Shown one piece after another: positions 45,523 to 47,810 of a stretch of 47,810 nt of DNA (its first letter is position 1; every line of letters starts with the position of its first letter). The notes under the pieces are model-generated. The model saw nothing but the letters and a program-made list of their open reading frames with translations. It searched no databases and was not told where the DNA came from. The DNA is from Acidobacteriota bacterium. Lineage in GTDB: Bacteria > Acidobacteriota > Thermoanaerobaculia > UBA5066. The position numbers were made by a program, and so were the translations under genes. The stretch spans positions 1-47,810 of the forward strand of contig JBBIPB010000004.1 in the NCBI GenBank assembly GCA_037443065.1. Direction: 5' to 3'.

Positions 45523-46854
45523 TCAGAAGCTGACGTTCTTGAGGACGTCGAAGTAGAGGACCGTGACCATCACGAGGACGAGAAAGACGAAGCCGGCCTG
45601 GAGGAGACGCTCCTTCAGCTTCAGGGGGAAGTCACGGCGGACGATCGCCTCGAGAAGCGTGACGAAGATCTGTCCGCCGTCGAGGAGCGGGATCGGGAGG
45701 AGGTTCAGGAGGCCGAGCTGCAGGGAGAGCATCCCCATCAAGCCGATCAGGGCCGCCGGGCCGCTCCGCGCCGCTTCGCCCGAGAACTTCGCGATGTCGA
45801 TCGGCCCGGAGAGCTGCCGCATCGAGCTGGTGCCGCGGAAGAGCCGGGCGACCGTAACGCCCGTCATCTGCGTCTGCCGGACGAGCTCCTGCCCGGCTGA
45901 GGCGAACGCTTCGACGAGGCCGAGACGCTTCACCACCGTCTCGTACCTCGGCGCGAATCCGATCCGCCAGGTCCCCGCTTCCGCGCGCGGCGTGATCGGG
46001 ATCGTGAGGCGCTGGCCGTCCCGCTCGACGACGAACGCGATGGGCTTCGGCCCGTCTTCGGCGCCCGCCGCCGCAGCCTCGCGGATCCGGCGAACGACCT
46101 CGTAGTACCCCGTCACGTCGGCACCGCCGACCGAGACGATCCGGTCTCCCGGCTTCAGCCCCGCCTTCTCGGCCGGGTAGTTCTTCACGAGGGCGCCGAC
46201 GACGGGAGCGAGGTACGGGTTCAGCCCCGTGTAGCCGATGTCGTACTTCTTGTCCGGCTCGGGACGGAGTGTCACGTGGACCGTCCCGGCACCCCGCTTC
46301 AGCTCGACCGGGATGTTCTCCCGGGGAGCGAGGCCGAGGTCCATCTCCACCTCGCGCCACGTCGAGACCGGCTTCCCACCGATTGCGACGACGAGGTCGT
46401 CCGCCTTCACTCCCGCCACCTCGGCCGGGCTCCGCGCTTCGACGTGCTTCACGACCGGCGGCTCGTCCTGGTACTTCAGAACCTCCACCCCGATGACGAA
46501 GGCCGCCGCCGTCAGGCAGAGCGCGAGGAGGAAGTTCATCCCGGGGCCGGCGACGAGGACGAGAAGGCGCTGCCACCGCGGCCCGAGGGGCGCGGCGGGC
46601 TCCTGTCCCAGGGCGACGTCGCTTTCGTCGGGGCCGAGCCCGACGACCTTGACGTATCCGCCGAGAGGGATCAGGGAGACGCGGTAGTCCGTCTCCTTCC
46701 TCTTCCACCCGAAAAGCCGCTTTCCGAACCCCAGTGAGAAGACTTCGACGGGGAACCGGAAACCCTTCGCCACGGCGTAGTGCCCGAACTCGTGGACCAC
46801 GATCAGGACGGAGAGGACGAAGACGAGGGCGAGGACATTGATCGGGATGTTCAT
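45523..46854 (-). CDS. rseP: RIP metalloprotease RseP with two PDZ domains
   Basis: HEFGH, PLGGYV, AGPGMN, PDZ x2, [11 protein letters not shown]. Confidence 0.95.
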   Translation of the reverse strand: MNIPINVLALVFVLSVLIVVHEFGHYAVAKGFRFPVEVFSLGFGKRLFGWKRKETDYRVSLIPLGGYVKVVGLGPDESDVALGQEPAAPLGPRWQRLLVLVAGPGMNFLLALCLTAAAFVIGVEVLKYQDEPPVVKHVEARSPAEVAGVKADDLVVAIGGKPVSTWREVEMDLGLAPRENIPVELKRGAGTVHVTLRPEPDKKYDIGYTGLNPYLAPVVGALVKNYPAEKAGLKPGDRIVSVGGADVTGYYEVVRRIREAAAAGAEDGPKPIAFVVERDGQRLTIPITPRAEAGTWRIGFAPRYETVVKRLGLVEAFASAGQELVRQTQMTGVTVARLFRGTSSMRQLSGPIDIAKFSGEAARSGPAALIGLMGMLSLQLGLLNLLPIPLLDGGQIFVTLLEAIVRRDFPLKLKERLLQAGFVFLVLVMVTVLYFDVLKNVSF

Positions 46855-46875
46855 GCCGGTGGAGGCCCCTTCTTT

Positions 46876-47808
46876 CTACGCTCGGGAGGCGCCCGCGGTT
46901 CCCGCCGCGGAAGGTCTCTCGAGGGCGGGAAGGATCTCACGAGCGGCTCGCCGCGCCCAGCCGTCCACCTCGAGCGCCTCCTCGACGCTTCCGAGCGGTC
47001 CGGCGGCGTGGCGCGCGAGGACCCGCGCCGTGGTCTCGACGACCGCCGGAAACGGGATCCGTCCTTCGAGGAAGGCCTCGACGGCGATCTCGTTGGCTGC
47101 GTTCAGGGCGGCCGGCGCCGAGCCCCCCGCCTCGAGGGCCTCGTACGCGAGGGCGAGCGCCGGATAGCGCTCCATCTCCACGCGGTGGAACTCGAGAGTT
47201 CGAAGCGCCGGGAGGTCCAGCTTCGGGAGGGGCGTCGGGATCCGGTCGGGAAAGGTCAGGGCGTAAAGGACGGGGAAGCGCATGTCGTTCGGCGACATCT
47301 GCGCGACGAGCGATCCGTCCACGTACTCGACGAGCGAGTGGACGATCGACTGAGGGTGGAGTAGCACCTCGATCCGCTCTCCCGGGACGTCGAAGAGCCA
47401 GCGCGCCTCGATCACCTCGAGCCCCTTGTTCATCATCGTGGCCGAGTCGATCGTGATCTTCGGCCCCATCTTCCAGGTCGGGTGAGCGAGCGCGTCCGCC
47501 ACGGTGATGGCGGAGAAGGTTCCGAGCGGCCGCGTTCGGAAGGGCCCGCCGGAGGCCGTCAGGACCAGCTTCGAGACCTCGGACGGGGCGCCGCACCGGA
47601 GCGCCTGATGAAGGGCGCAGTGCTCCGAGTCGACGGGGATCACCTCACCCCCCGAGGCGCGGGCGGCCGCCATGACGAGCTCTCCCGCCACGACGAGCGT
47701 CTCCTTGTTCGCGAGAGCGAGGCGCTTGCCGAGCCTCGCGGCCGCGTATGACGACGCGAGGCCGACCGAGCCGACGAGGGCGCCGAGGACGATGTCGGCC
47801 TCCGGGTG
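46876..47808 (-). CDS. dxr: 1-deoxy-D-xylulose-5-phosphate reductoisomerase (5' end outside the window)
   Basis: LALANKETLV, PVDSEH, TASGGPF, HPTWKMGPKITIDSATMMNKGLE, NAANE. Confidence 0.96.
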   Translation of the reverse strand, partial: HPEADIVLGALVGSVGLASSYAAARLGKRLALANKETLVVAGELVMAAARASGGEVIPVDSEHCALHQALRCGAPSEVSKLVLTASGGPFRTRPLGTFSAITVADALAHPTWKMGPKITIDSATMMNKGLEVIEARWLFDVPGERIEVLLHPQSIVHSLVEYVDGSLVAQMSPNDMRFPVLYALTFPDRIPTPLPKLDLPALRTLEFHRVEMERYPALALAYEALEAGGSAPAALNAANEIAVEAFLEGRIPFPAVVETTARVLARHAAGPLGSVEEALEVDGWARRAAREILPALERPSAAGTAGASRA

Positions 47809-47810
47809 CG

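Noticed and set aside
32377-47808. Functional link between the Tes homolog and the MEP isoprenoid genes dxr/ispG
   Set aside because: They are 10 kb apart, dxr-rseP-ispG is a widespread housekeeping arrangement, and bacterial branched GDGTs are not isoprenoid.
1-47810. tRNA, rRNA, CRISPR array, integrase or transposase, prophage
   Set aside because: Intergenic gaps are all short (under about 135 bp). I saw no cloverleaf, repeat-spacer array or mobile-element protein motif.

Overview
A gene-dense, very GC-rich (about 70% by eye) bacterial chromosomal segment. Gene content and order (PASTA-rpe-bamD, dxr-rseP-ispG, S9/M14 peptidases, a PrsK/PrsR-like pair, a Tes-like radical SAM) suggest an Acidobacteriota genome, probably Thermoanaerobaculia-like; this is an inference. 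About 43 CDS can be supported. Most of the long ORFs in the supplied track are antisense or off-frame shadows. No rRNA, tRNA, CRISPR array or transposase was recognised. Main points of interest: (1) a bacterial tetraether-synthase (Tes/GDGT-MAS, MJ0619-family) radical SAM gene near a PTPS-III-type (ExxHGH) pterin enzyme and a TIGR03960/TIGR03936 radical SAM fusion; (2) a 79-bp palindromic element sitting in frame in the linker of that fusion; (3) a MenA1-MenT1-like toxin-antitoxin pair whose toxin is broken by a microhomology-bounded deletion; (4) a peptidoglycan-recycling locus with an SH3-NlpC/P60-PBP/beta-lactamase-like fusion and a Tat-exported Ala-Glu epimerase; (5) frequent leaderless and back-to-back promoter architecture; (6) a deletion-damaged M14 peptidase. 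All family calls come from motif recognition by eye, not from database searches.
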